Assembly: GCA_965208575.1 (NCBI GenBank)
Contig: CBDBOV010000003.1
Location: 32,001 to 96,000 of the forward strand
DNA: 64,000 nt
From: Spirochaetia bacterium
GTDB lineage: Bacteria; Spirochaetota; Spirochaetia; SZUA-6; Bin103
Direction: 5' to 3'
This document shows, piece after piece, positions 39,483 to 52,090 of this stretch (position 1 is its first letter; each line of letters starts with the position of its first letter). The position numbers and the translations under genes are program-made. The notes under the pieces were generated by a model that searched no databases, had not been told where the DNA came from, and worked only from the letters and a program-made list of their open reading frames with translations.

Positions 39483-40871
39483 TCAGGCGGCCTCCGGGAC
39501 AAGCTCATAACCGAGTGCGTGTGCCTGCCTTCGGAGCCGGCGTTCAAAGCGGCGCCGGTCCTGGCGCTCCTCGGCGGCGAGGATGCTGTCATCGTAGGCC
39601 ACGCGATGCGTGATCAGATGGTAGATGATCCGAGCCAGTTTATGCGCGACTGCAGTGGTCGCTTCGGGAGTACCCAGACGCGCCCGCATGCGGCGGAAGT
39701 GCTGGCCCAGGGCCGATGGGCTGCGGTACAACGACTGGGTCGCCCAGTGCAGCGCCTGGGCGGCCCGATTGGTGCCCCGACCGGTGTGCGAGCTGATGAT
39801 CTTGCCGCCGGTGATCTGGTTGTGGGGGCACAGGTGCAGCCAGGAGGCGAATTGCGGTGCGGTCGGAAAGCGGGACAGTTCCGGGCCGAGTTCGGTGAAC
39901 AGAACCAGCGCCGTACTTTCGCCGATGCCGGGAATCAGCGTCAGGTCAGTGCCGAACAGGTGCGTAAGGTGGCCGCGCAGGTCGAACCGCTTGGCCGGTG
40001 ACTCGGTTGGCGCCTCGGGCTCCGCATCGATTCCCTCATCCGGTGGGTCGTCGCCCACCGCGCCGGGTGGCTCGCTGCTGGCTTCGAACGCGCGGATGCC
40101 GGCTTCGATTTCCTGATCGCACTCCGTGATGAGTTGTTGGTAGTGGGCATAGGTCGCTCGCGCGTGCCGCAACGCCAACAGGTGCTCGGCGCGCCAGTCG
40201 CCCTGCAGCGCCTTGATCAAGGTCTCGCGGCTGGCTTTGATCCGCCGGTCGGCCAGAGCGGCCAACCGCGCCGGATCCCGCTCACCCGCCAGGATAGCGT
40301 CCGTAATGGCCAGACCGGTCGTCCCCGTCAGGTCAGAGATGGCATGGTGCAGATGCACGTTCATCTGGCTGTACGCCTTCTGCATGTGCAACACGCTGCG
40401 CGACGCCATCTTGATCAAGGTGTCGCGATGGCGCAGCACCGAGCGCAGTGCACACACCTCGTCGGCAGGGCGGAATGAGCCGCGCAGCAATCCCACCGAG
40501 TGCAGGTAGCGCAACCACTCGCAGTCGGCCACGTCGGACTTCCGACCGGGTACCGAGTGCACGTGACGCGCATTCACCAGCACCACGTCGAAGCCGTGTG
40601 CCTCCAGGATCTGATACACCGGAATCCAGTACACACCGGTGGACTCCATCGCCACCGTGGTGACCTCGCATTCCTTGAGCCAGTCGGCCAAGGCGTGCAG
40701 GTCCGCGGTGAACGTAGCAAAGTTCCGGATCGGGTCCGGGTCGCGCTCCGGGCGCACAGCCGCGTACACCTCGGTAGCGCCTATGTCCAAGCCGGCAGCG
40801 TCCGGGTGCATCACCTTTGGTTGCGCTGTGCGACTGCCCTTGCCCTTGCGTCTGTGTCTGCGTCGTGCCAT
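39483..40871 (-). CDS. IS110-family transposase/recombinase
   Basis: GLDIG, MESTGVYW and KSDVAD (DEDD RuvC-like) motifs, IPGIG, C-terminal AHKLARIIY; GGAGG RBS. Confidence 0.95.
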   Translation of the reverse strand: MARRRHRRKGKGSRTAQPKVMHPDAAGLDIGATEVYAAVRPERDPDPIRNFATFTADLHALADWLKECEVTTVAMESTGVYWIPVYQILEAHGFDVVLVNARHVHSVPGRKSDVADCEWLRYLHSVGLLRGSFRPADEVCALRSVLRHRDTLIKMASRSVLHMQKAYSQMNVHLHHAISDLTGTTGLAITDAILAGERDPARLAALADRRIKASRETLIKALQGDWRAEHLLALRHARATYAHYQQLITECDQEIEAGIRAFEASSEPPGAVGDDPPDEGIDAEPEAPTESPAKRFDLRGHLTHLFGTDLTLIPGIGESTALVLFTELGPELSRFPTAPQFASWLHLCPHNQITGGKIISSHTGRGTNRAAQALHWATQSLYRSPSALGQHFRRMRARLGTPEATTAVAHKLARIIYHLITHRVAYDDSILAAEERQDRRRFERRLRRQAHALGYELVPEAA

Positions 40872-40874
40872 GAA

Positions 40875-41080
40875 ACCTCCGCTACGACTGAGTGGTGCGG
40901 CCAAGGCGTGTGTAGCAGGTATTCTCCTGAACGGGATGATCGCCACCCGGCCGCGCCGGCTGACAACCTCACCAATGACTACGCCACCCGCCCCGGGGCC
41001 AAGCTCTTGAACGGGTTCGCAGAACGTAACGCCAGTGACGCGCCGGCCTACTTTCGCGCTCCACCCAGAACTCTGCCCAC
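40875..41080 (-). ncRNA. Candidate IS110 bridge RNA
   Basis: Two related ~80-nt modules, one carrying TCAAGAGC (target match) and the next TCAGGAG (donor match); TATAGT -10 at 41081-41086. Confidence 0.65.
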
Positions 41081-41146
41081 ACTATAGCTCACCCTTGTTT
41101 CTTTCATGACTGCGCCGGCCCAGGGGCCGGTGGGATAGCTCTTGAG

Positions 41147-42286
41147 TTACTGATCCATCACCGAGCCGTCGCTGTTCAGGCGCGTCTCTACCGCTCGCGG
41201 CCGGTAGGGATGGCGCTGGCGGGCGTCCGGTGCCAACTCGATGCCGATGCCCGGACGCTCCGGCAGTAGCAAGAACCCGGCGTCCACCGCGAGAGGCCGG
41301 TCGACGATGGTGCGCTTCGGCGGCAGCTCCTCCCCGGCCGGCAGCTCCTGCAGCGCGAAGTTGGGAATGGCGGCGGCAAGCTGGACGCACGCCGCGGTGC
41401 TCACCGGGCTCAGCGGGTTGTGCGGGACCACCTGGACGTGGAACGCCTCCGCCACCGCCGCGATCTTCCTGGCGTGGGAGATGCCGCCCACCATGCACAC
41501 GTCGGGCCGCACGTACTGGACGGCGCCGCGCTGCAGGAGCGCCTGGAATTCCCAGATGCTGTGCAGCCGCTCTCCGGTGGCGATGGGAATGTGAATCCGC
41601 TCCGCCACCAGGGCCATCTCGTCGAGGTTGTCGGGGAGAATCGGATCCTCGTAGAAGAAAGGGCGATAGGGCTCGATGCCGCGGCCGAGCACCACCGCCT
41701 CGGCCGGGGTCAGGCGGCGGTGTATCTCGATGCACAGGTCCACGTCATTGCCCACCGCCTCCCGGTAGCGGCGCACCGTATCGGCGGCATCCTCCATCTT
41801 GTCGGCGTGGGTCTTGAAGTAGGGCCGGTCGCGCGCCTCGTCCAGGAACGGCGTCAGGTGGCCGACCGCCGTGAAGCCGCGCGCCTTGGCGTCGATGCAG
41901 CCCCCGATCAGCTCTTCCTTGGTACTCCCCTTGACGTGGTAGTAGGCGCGCGCCCGGTCGCGGCACTTGCCGCCGAGGAGCTGGTGTACCGGCACGCCGA
42001 AGTGCTTGCCGGCAATGTCCCACAGGGCAATGTCGACGGCGCTGAGCGCGCCCATGATGGCCGCCCCGCGGAAATGGGTCCAGCGGTACAGGTACTGCCA
42101 GTGGTGCTCGATGCGCAGCGCATCCTGGCCGACCAGGTAGCGTGCAAAGGTGTCGACGGCCGCGGCCGACGCCTCCAGGAAGCCCCACGCCCCTGATTCG
42201 CCGAGGCCGGTGATGCCGGCGTCGGTATGCACCTGCACGTACAGATAGCGATCCACCAGCAGCGTCTCGACGGCGGTGATCTTCAT
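41147..42286 (-). CDS. Enolase-superfamily dehydratase (galactonate dehydratase-like)
   Basis: SAVDIALWDIAGK, FYEDP, IATGER and VPHNPLSP motifs. Confidence 0.88.
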   Translation of the reverse strand: MKITAVETLLVDRYLYVQVHTDAGITGLGESGAWGFLEASAAAVDTFARYLVGQDALRIEHHWQYLYRWTHFRGAAIMGALSAVDIALWDIAGKHFGVPVHQLLGGKCRDRARAYYHVKGSTKEELIGGCIDAKARGFTAVGHLTPFLDEARDRPYFKTHADKMEDAADTVRRYREAVGNDVDLCIEIHRRLTPAEAVVLGRGIEPYRPFFYEDPILPDNLDEMALVAERIHIPIATGERLHSIWEFQALLQRGAVQYVRPDVCMVGGISHARKIAAVAEAFHVQVVPHNPLSPVSTAACVQLAAAIPNFALQELPAGEELPPKRTIVDRPLAVDAGFLLLPERPGIGIELAPDARQRHPYRPRAVETRLNSDGSVMDQ

Positions 42287-43590
42287 TCGACTTCTCCTCG
42301 TGGCGGGCGCCGCCGGTTCTCCCTGGCCACTCCCGCCGGCGCGCCGGCCACGGCCGGCGGTCGTGCCGGCAGGTAACCGGTAAAGCGGCGTCCGAGCAGG
42401 CGCGCGGCCAGCATCAACACCGCAATGGCCGCGAATGCCAGGGTGTAGGCAAGAAAGACGTGCCGCGTACTTGCCTGGATCGAGATCCAGCTTGCCACCA
42501 GCGGTCCGAGCCCGAAGCCGAGCCCGCCCACCAGCGTCTGCAGTCCGAACAGCATCCCGCGCTGCGCGCGTGCGCTGTGTGCCGACAGGTAGGCCTGCGC
42601 GAACGGTTGCACCCCACCGAAGGCGAATCCGCTGATGGTAAAAAACAGGGCGAAGAACAGCACTCCGGGTGCGAAGAAGGTGGGCAGCGCCAGCGCCGCG
42701 CCGACCCCCGCGCAGACGGCAATCAGCCACAGCTTGTTGACGCGGTCTCCGAGGCGTGCCAGCGTGATGCCGGACAGGGCGGCCATCGCGGCCGACCCCG
42801 CGATGATCAGTCCAGTGACGGCGGCATCGCCCGAACCGCCGATGTTGCCGCGCAGCTCGGCGACGTACAGCGGCAGGAACGCCATCGGCTGGGCGCGGGC
42901 AAAGCGCAACAGGAACAGCACGAAGAACAGCACAAGAAAGGGCAGCGTGAGCAGGTCGCGTATCGAGGCTCGGGACGCGACCGACGCGTCTGTGGTTCGC
43001 CGGCGCCATGCCGAGCGCTCCTCGCCGGGCTCTTCGAGAAACAGCACTACCACGACCATCCCGGCCGCCACTACCCCGGCACCGACGAAGAACGACGCGC
43101 GAAAGCCGAACAGGTCGGCGGAGATGCCACCGAGCAGCGGCCCCAGGCTATGGCCGATGAAGGTGGCGGAGCCGAGGAATCCCAGCGCCCGCGTGAGGTG
43201 GGCGTTCGGTGTGCCCGCGGCGACCAGGGTGGCGGCGGCGGTAACCGATCCGGAGAAGAAACCCTGCAGTGCTCGGATCAGGAACACCATCTCCACCGAA
43301 CGCGCGAACGCCAGCGTGATTGCCAGGATGATGGTCGAGGCGAGGGCGCGCACGATCATGACCTTGCGCCCGAAGCGGTCGGAGATCATTCCCCAGAACG
43401 GCGCCGCGAGCGCCATCCCCACTCCGGGGACGGCCGCCGTCACGCCCACCCACATCTTCAGGGAGCGTGGATCGTTCACCCCTAGTTCGCTCATGAACAA
43501 CGGGACGAACGGCAAGATGAAGCCGAAGCCGGTGAGGGTCAGGATCTGCGCGAACCAGGCCAGGTAGAGGTTCTTGCGCCACTGCTCCAC
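42283..43590 (-). CDS. MFS transporter (DHA1-like)
   Basis: WGMISDRFGRK motif A; ~12 TM segments. Confidence 0.9.
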   Translation of the reverse strand: MEQWRKNLYLAWFAQILTLTGFGFILPFVPLFMSELGVNDPRSLKMWVGVTAAVPGVGMALAAPFWGMISDRFGRKVMIVRALASTIILAITLAFARSVEMVFLIRALQGFFSGSVTAAATLVAAGTPNAHLTRALGFLGSATFIGHSLGPLLGGISADLFGFRASFFVGAGVVAAGMVVVVLFLEEPGEERSAWRRRTTDASVASRASIRDLLTLPFLVLFFVLFLLRFARAQPMAFLPLYVAELRGNIGGSGDAAVTGLIIAGSAAMAALSGITLARLGDRVNKLWLIAVCAGVGAALALPTFFAPGVLFFALFFTISGFAFGGVQPFAQAYLSAHSARAQRGMLFGLQTLVGGLGFGLGPLVASWISIQASTRHVFLAYTLAFAAIAVLMLAARLLGRRFTGYLPARPPAVAGAPAGVARENRRRPPRGEVE

Positions 43591-43598
43591 GGGCGAGC

Positions 43599-44510
43599 TC
43601 AGCGGGCGGCGTGCGCCGCCAGAAATGGCATCACGGCGGCCAGGAACTCGCGTGGGCGATCGCTGTGGATGCCGTGCCCGGCCCCCGCCACGTGGCGCAC
43701 CTGTATGCGGCACGGGGTGCCGGCCATGGCGTTGCGCGCCTGTACCTGGCGCGCCACCAGCGGGCTGACGATGGCGCCCGCGGCCACGTCGGCGGTCACC
43801 AGCAGCGTGGGAGCGGCGAGGTCGGGCATGAAACGGCTCCAGTGCTCCCGGTCCACCAGCCACTCCAGCACCGCCGGCGAGAGACGGCGGCGGTCCGCCA
43901 TGAGTTCCTCGGTCAGCGCCGGCGGGAGGCCGCGCCAGGGTCCGGCGAGTTGCGCCCGCAGCTCGGCATCGGGCAACCGCTGCTCCGCCAGCAACTGGTC
44001 GTGCCACTCGCGGCGCATCGCCCGGCGCACGCTGAACGGCAAGGGCCACCAGGGCGGGTCCTCCAGCACAACGCACGCCACCCGGTCGGGATGGCGCGCG
44101 GCACAACAGGCGACGTTCTCGGCGCCCATCGACTGTCCGACCAGGGATGCGCGTGCGATACCGAGCGCGTCCAGAACCGCAACCAGGTCGGCCGCGTGGT
44201 GCCGGGCCGAGTATCGGAGCCGGTGGGCGGCCGCGCCGGCGAGGGCGCTGCGGCCGTGACCGCGGGCATCGACGGCGATCACCTCGTAACGGCGCGCCAA
44301 TGCCGGCACCACCGGATGCCACTGCAGGGCGCTGGAGGTGAGGCCGTGCGCCAGCACTACCGGCGCGCCGGCGCCGCAACGGTACACCGTCAGCGGGCCG
44401 CCGGCGCCGCGTACCACGACGCGCCGCCCGCGCAGCGGCGCCAACTCGGCGTCCATGGAGGCGCGGGTGCGACCGGGTGACGCAGCGGCGACCCTATCGG
44501 TTTCCGGCAT
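43599..44510 (-). CDS. Alpha/beta hydrolase
   Basis: HGL, DARGHGRS, GQSMG and GAGH motifs. Confidence 0.88.
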   Translation of the reverse strand: MPETDRVAAASPGRTRASMDAELAPLRGRRVVVRGAGGPLTVYRCGAGAPVVLAHGLTSSALQWHPVVPALARRYEVIAVDARGHGRSALAGAAAHRLRYSARHHAADLVAVLDALGIARASLVGQSMGAENVACCAARHPDRVACVVLEDPPWWPLPFSVRRAMRREWHDQLLAEQRLPDAELRAQLAGPWRGLPPALTEELMADRRRLSPAVLEWLVDREHWSRFMPDLAAPTLLVTADVAAGAIVSPLVARQVQARNAMAGTPCRIQVRHVAGAGHGIHSDRPREFLAAVMPFLAAHAAR

Positions 44511-44696
44511 GCGTCTCCCTCCCGCGGGCGCCGAGTGCAAGGGTGTCCCGCGCCGGCATCGATTCTCTCTTGCGGGCCTGACCGAGTGATCGCACCATCA
44601 ACCGCTTGCGCCGCCGGCGGGCGCTTGCGAGGGCAGCCGAAAGAATGAGAAACTGTCCATGTCCGTGCATCATACGCTGCAATTATATCTACGTCT

Positions 44697-46672
44697 GTGC
44701 TGAAGAAATCCGATCAACCCGCCGGCCCGTCGGAGCGGCCAGCGCCCGGGCGTTCCGCCCGTGAGCTTTCCGCGTTTCGCATCAATCTCCGCTTCCTCGC
44801 CTACCTGAAGCCGCGCTGGCGCCGCGTGCTGGCGATCTACGCGGTCATGCTCGCCGGCAGCGGCACCCTGCTGGCGATCCCGCAGCTCGTGCGCTGGATC
44901 GTCGACCACGGCATTGCGCGCCAGGAGCTGGGCGTGGTGTGGCGGGCGGTCGGCCTGCTGCTGCTGTTGGCGCTGGCGCGCGCGGTGCTGGCATTCCTGA
45001 TGGGCCGCTGGACGGAGATCGTCTCGCAGGGCGTGGCGGCCGACCTGCGCCAGGCGATGTTCGACCGGTTCACGGTGATGTCGGTGTCGCTGATAAGCCG
45101 CATGGAGTCGGGCCAGCTCCTGCAGCGCGCGGTACAGGACGTGGAGCGGATCCGTTTTCTCACCGGGCGCGCCGTGCTGCGGGTGGTCGACTCCACGGTG
45201 CTGTTCCTCGGCACGCTGGTGCTGCTGATAAGCATGGACCCGGTGCTCGGCGTGCTGTGCCTGGCGACCATGCCGCTGCTCGCCTACCGCGGCTACCACT
45301 ACGGGCGCCGCCAGCGGCCGCTGTCCACCCGGCTGCAGCAGCAGCTCGGCGAACTGACCGGGTTGCTGGAGCAGAATCTGCGCGGGGTGCGCCTGGTCAA
45401 GGCATTCGCCCAGGAGCGCAACGAGGTGGTGCGCTTCGACTCCGGCAATGACGCCTGGTTCGCACTGGCGGCGCGGCAGGCGCGGCTGGCGGCGGTGAAC
45501 TCGCCGCTGCTCGATCTGCTCGCCAACCTCGGCCTGGTAATCGTGATCGGCGCCGGCGGCCTGTTCACGATCAACGGCCACCTGACCATCGGCGAGCTGG
45601 TGGCGTTCACCACCTACCTGACGCAGTTGTTCGCGCCAATCCGCCGCGTCGGCCTGGTCATTCCCATGCTGGCGATGGCGGCCGCTTCCGGCGAGCGCAT
45701 CGCATCGGTCCTGGATGCGCCCGACGGCGTGCACGAGCGTCCCGGCGCGCGTCCGCTGCCGCCGATTCGCGGTACGGTATCCATGAAGGGAGTTTCCTAT
45801 CGCTACGAAGGCAACGGCGCCGCCGGCGCGGCGGCAGATGGCGCGGCAAGTCCCGGCGGCCCCGGCGACTCCGGCGACTCCGGCGGCTCCGGCAGGTGGG
45901 CCCTGCGTGACGTGAACCTGGACGTTCCGGCAGGCACCACGGTGGCGCTGCTCGGCGCGACCGGCGCCGGCAAGAGCACCCTGGCCGGGCTGGTGCTGCG
46001 CCTGTACGACCCGCAGGCGGGCAGCGTCCGGATCGACGGCGTCGACGTGCGCGAGGTGGCCATCGCATCGCTGCGCTCGCAGATCGGCGTGGTGATGCAG
46101 GATCCGGTGCTGTTCGCCGCCAGCATTCGCGACAACATCGCCTTCGGCGCGCCCGACGCCACCGATGACGACGTACAAGCTGCGGCGCGCGCGGCCTGCA
46201 TTCACGACCACGTGGTAAGCCTGAGCGAGGGGTACGACACCATGGTGGGCGAGCGCGGCGTTACCCTGTCCGGCGGCCAGCGCCAGCGCATCGCGATTGC
46301 GCGCGCCATCCTGGTCGATCCGCGCATCCTGATCCTGGACGACGCCACCTCCAGCGTCGACGCACACACCGAAGAGCTGATTCACGATGCGCTGCGCCGG
46401 CTGCTCGCTGGCCGCACGTCCTACATCATCGCGCAGCGCCTGAGCACCCTGGAACTCGCCGACGTGGTGGTGGTGCTCGACGACGGGCGCATCACCGCGC
46501 AGGGCGGCCACGAGGAGCTGCTCGCCGCCTCGCAGACCTACCGTGCCATCTGCGCCGAGCAACTGCAGCGCGAGGGGGCCGGGCCGCCGGCCCGTCCGCC
46601 GGACGGCTCGGCAGCCGCCCGGCGTGGCGCGGCAGACGGCGCCGACCGGGCGCCGGCAGCGGTGGAGTCGCC

Positions 46673-46676
<4 letters not shown>
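44697..46676 (+). CDS. ABC exporter, fused permease-ATPase (subunit A of a heterodimer)
   Basis: GATGAGKS, LSGGQRQR and ILDDATS (degenerate Walker B) motifs. Confidence 0.92.
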
Positions 46677-48552
<1,876 letters not shown>

Positions 48553-48556
<4 letters not shown>

Positions 48557-49356
48557 CGGTAGCTACCTGGAACATCAACGGCATGCAGGCGCGGTTGGCA
48601 TTCCTGCAACACTGGCTGCGCGCGCGGCAGCCCGACCTGGTGATGCTGCAGGAGTTGAAGCAGACCGCGGACCGCTTTCCGCACGCCGAATTGAGCGAGG
48701 TCGGCTACCGGGCCGTGGTGCACGGCCAGAAGAGCTGGAACGGCGTGGCGATCCTGACCCATGCGGAGCGCGTCGGCGAGGCGCGCGCGGTTACCCGCGA
48801 TCTGCCGGGACTGGAGCAGCACGGCGCGCGCCTGGTCGGCGCGGAGGTGCCGGTGGCCGGGTTGGGGCTGCTGTCCTGCACCTCGGTGTACGTCCCCAAC
48901 GGACGCACCGTGACCCACCCCGAGTTCACCCACAAGCTGGCGTTCCTGGACGGGCTGGCAGAGTACGCGCGGGCGGCGCTGGCGGGACCGCGGACGGTGC
49001 TGATCGGCGGCGACTTCAACCTCTGCCCGGGACCGCTGGACACCTGGCGCGAGGACGCGGCGGAGGGCGCCATCTTCCACACGGCGGCGGAGCGCGAGCG
49101 GTTTGCGATGCTCCTGGGCCTGGGACTGGTCGACCTGTTCCGGCATCGAAACCCCGCCGACCGGCGCTACTCGTGGTGGGACTACCGGGCCGGCAGTTTC
49201 CACAGGAACCAGGGCTTGCGCATCGACTTTCTGCTTGCCGGGGAGGCGCTCGCCGAGCGCACCGGCGCGGTGCGCGTGGACCGCGACTACCGCAAGAAGC
49301 AGGCCGGAATGATCGCCAGCGACCATGCTCCGGTGCTCGCCGATCTCATCCCCTGA
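48553..49356 (+). CDS. xth: Exodeoxyribonuclease III
   Basis: ATWNING, LQELK, GGDFN, LRID and SDHAP motifs. Confidence 0.92.
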
Positions 49357-49443
49357 CCGCGACTCCGGTACCTCCTCTCCAAGGGGCGCACGCACGGCAG
49401 CCCCCTTGCCATCGCCGCCCCGGCCGGGCCACGCTGCCGACTC

Positions 49444-50094
49444 ATGGCAGACCTCTCTCGTCCTCTCTCCCCGCAGCTTGGCGAGTACCTCGACGGCCTG
49501 GTTCCGGAGCGCCACCCGGAGTTGCAGGTCATGGAACAGTGGGGCCGGGAACACCGCTTCCCGATAGTCGGCCCCGCCTCCGGCAACATGTGCTACCTGG
49601 TCGCGCGCCTGATCGGCGCACGCCGCGTGTTCGAGCTCGGCTCCGGATACGGCTACTCCACCGCCTGGTTCTGCCGTGCGGTGCAGGACAACGGCGGCGG
49701 CGTGGTGCACCACGTGGTGTGGGACGAGGAACTGTCGTCCCGCGCCCGCGGCCACCTGACGGCGCTCGGATACGGCGACCTGGTGCGCTACCACGTCAGC
49801 GAGGCGGTGCAGGCGCTGCGCGGCGAGGCGGACGGCAGCTACGACCTGATCTTCAACGACATCGACAAGGACGGCTATCCGGCGGCGCTGCCGGTCATTG
49901 CCGCCAAGCTGCGTCCCGGCGGCGTGCTGATCATCGACAACATGCTGCTGCGCGGGCGCGTCTACGATCCGCAGGCCGCCGGCGACGACCTGGAAGGGGT
50001 GCGCGAGTTTACCCGCATGATCACCACCGACGACGCATGGGTAACCACCCTGGTGCCGATCCGCGACGGCCTGATCGTGGCGCAGCGGGCCTGA
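49444..50094 (+). CDS. SAM-dependent O-methyltransferase
   Basis: ELGSGYGYS, IFNDIDK and IIDN motifs. Confidence 0.88.
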   Translation: MADLSRPLSPQLGEYLDGLVPERHPELQVMEQWGREHRFPIVGPASGNMCYLVARLIGARRVFELGSGYGYSTAWFCRAVQDNGGGVVHHVVWDEELSSRARGHLTALGYGDLVRYHVSEAVQALRGEADGSYDLIFNDIDKDGYPAALPVIAAKLRPGGVLIIDNMLLRGRVYDPQAAGDDLEGVREFTRMITTDDAWVTTLVPIRDGLIVAQRA

Positions 50095-50182
50095 CGGCGG
50101 GCGGGCTCGGCGTTGCGCGGTTTCGCGGGTTTCGCGCACGCTAGCTTGAACCCCGCGCGGCAGGAGTTTAAGAATACCTGAG

Positions 50183-51019
50183 ATGCCTGTACTCGACGCC
50201 CATCCGGGCATGGCGCGTGAATTGCGCTTCTTCCCCATTCACAACCGGCACCCGCGCCATCTCACCCCGGCGCAACTCGCTCAGTTCAACGACAGGGGCT
50301 ACATCTTTCCGCTCGACCTGTTCGACGAGGCTGAAACGGCCGCGCAACGCGCCTACTTCGACCGCCTGCTGGCACTGGCCGCCGAGGCGGGACGCGACAA
50401 CTACGCGGTCAACGGCTGGCACACGCACTGCCGCGGCCTCTACGACCTGGTGTGCCATCCGCGCATGCTGGACTACGTCGAGGACCTGGTGGGGCCCGAC
50501 ATCATCTGCATCATGACCCACTACTTCTCCAAGAATCCCACCGACAGCAAGACGGTGTACTGGCACCAGGACGCGCAGTTCTGGGGGATCACGCCGAGCA
50601 AGGTGGTAACCGCCTGGATCGCGATCGACGACGTGGACCGGGCCAACGGCGCGATGCAGCTCTTCCCGGGCAGCCACCACCGCGGCGTGATTCCGTTCGA
50701 ATACGTCACCGACGAGGAGAACGGCGTGCTGAACGAGCACGTCCACGACCCGGAGCGGTTCGGCCGGCCGGTGGGGGTGGAAATGCACGCCGGCCAGCTC
50801 TCCCTGCACACCGACATGCTGCTGCACGGATCGCTGCCCAACAACTCCGGTCGCCGGCGCTGTGGTCTGACCGTGCGCTACATGCCGCCCGACGTGCGGT
50901 ATGGCGACGACGTGGCCCAGCCGCGCGCGATCATTGCCCGCGGCGGCGATCCGAGCGGTTACTGGCAGGCTGTGCCGCGTCCCGAAACGGACGAACTCCC
51001 ACCTCAGCCAGAGTCGTAA
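50183..51019 (+). CDS. Phytanoyl-CoA dioxygenase family protein
   Basis: WHQD, AWIAIDD and LLHGS..N...RR motifs. Confidence 0.9.
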   Translation: MPVLDAHPGMARELRFFPIHNRHPRHLTPAQLAQFNDRGYIFPLDLFDEAETAAQRAYFDRLLALAAEAGRDNYAVNGWHTHCRGLYDLVCHPRMLDYVEDLVGPDIICIMTHYFSKNPTDSKTVYWHQDAQFWGITPSKVVTAWIAIDDVDRANGAMQLFPGSHHRGVIPFEYVTDEENGVLNEHVHDPERFGRPVGVEMHAGQLSLHTDMLLHGSLPNNSGRRRCGLTVRYMPPDVRYGDDVAQPRAIIARGGDPSGYWQAVPRPETDELPPQPES

Positions 51020-51030
51020 CTTTTTTCTTC

Positions 51031-51954
51031 ATGAGGTTATATCTCGTTGACGGAACCTTCGAGCTGTTCCGCGCCTACTACGCCCACCGCCGCAACCACG
51101 CCGCGGACGGCATGTCCGCTTTGCCCACCGGGGCGGTGCGCGGACTGGTGGCATCCCTGCTCGCCCTGCTGCGCCGCGAACCGGTGGACCTGATCGCGGT
51201 GGCGTTCGACCACGTGATCGAGTCGTTTCGCAACGACCTGTACCCCGGTTACAAGTCGAGCGCCGGCGTGCCGGCGGACCTGCTGCAGCAGTTCGGAGAA
51301 GCCGAGGAGGCGGTGCGCACCCTCGGCATCGTGGCGTGGCCGATGATCGAGTTCGAGGCCGACGATGCCCTTGCCACCGCGGCCGTACGCTGGCGCGATC
51401 ATCCCGACATCGAGCAGATCGTCATCTGCTCTCCCGACAAGGACCTCGCCCAGGTGGTGCACGGCGAACGGGTCGTGACCCGCAACCGGATGCGCGACAC
51501 CACGCTCGACGAGACCGGCGTCCACGCCAAGTTCGGCGTGCCGCCGGCGTCGATCCCCGATTATCTCGCGCTCGTGGGAGACAGCGCCGACGGCATACCG
51601 GGAGTGCCGGCCTGGGGCAGCAAGTCGGCCGCCGCCGCGTTGTCATTCTACGGCACGGTGGATGAGATTCCGCGCGACGCGGCGCAGTGGGAGGTGGAGG
51701 TTCGCGGCAAGCAGCGGCTGGCCGAGAAACTGCGCACCGCCGACCAGGACGTGCGCCTGTACCGCCTGCTTACCACGCTGCGCCAGGATGTGCCGCTGGC
51801 CGAGGAACTGGAAGATCTCGCCTGGCGCGGCGTGGTGCGCAGCGCATACCTGGACCTGTGCGCCCGTCTCGGCTTTCCCGAAATGAGCACGCGCCCGCAC
51901 CGTTGGCGCTCCTCGGACGCTCCGAGTGAAGCGGGCGCCGGCGGCGGTGCGTGA
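51031..51954 (+). CDS. Stand-alone 5'-3' exonuclease/flap endonuclease
   Basis: LVDG, EADD, SPDKD and LVGDSADGIPGV motifs. Confidence 0.9.
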   Translation: MRLYLVDGTFELFRAYYAHRRNHAADGMSALPTGAVRGLVASLLALLRREPVDLIAVAFDHVIESFRNDLYPGYKSSAGVPADLLQQFGEAEEAVRTLGIVAWPMIEFEADDALATAAVRWRDHPDIEQIVICSPDKDLAQVVHGERVVTRNRMRDTTLDETGVHAKFGVPPASIPDYLALVGDSADGIPGVPAWGSKSAAAALSFYGTVDEIPRDAAQWEVEVRGKQRLAEKLRTADQDVRLYRLLTTLRQDVPLAEELEDLAWRGVVRSAYLDLCARLGFPEMSTRPHRWRSSDAPSEAGAGGGA

Positions 51955-51956
51955 TA

Positions 51957-52021
51957 AACGGAACCCTTTGTATAAAAAGGGAACCCGTTGTGTTGTCAGG
52001 CGACTGCCGTCCGCATAGAAT
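51957..52021 (+). promoter_or_regulatory. Promoter TTGTCA-17-TAGAAT with an upstream inverted repeat CCCTTT-N6-AAAGGG
   Basis: Consensus spacing ahead of aapJ; the IR could be an operator or a terminator. Confidence 0.6.
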
Positions 52022-52090
52022 ATGGAAGAGCATGTAAGGTCGGCATCCGCGCCAGCCGTACATAATTTTTACGTCTCCAAGGAGGAGATC

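Larger units (their letters stand above)
39469..41141 (-). mobile_element. IS110-family element (~1.67 kb)
   Basis: Shared core GCTC at 39465-39468 and 41138-41141; removing the element restores the mog stop back-to-back with the convergent gene's stop. Confidence 0.8.
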
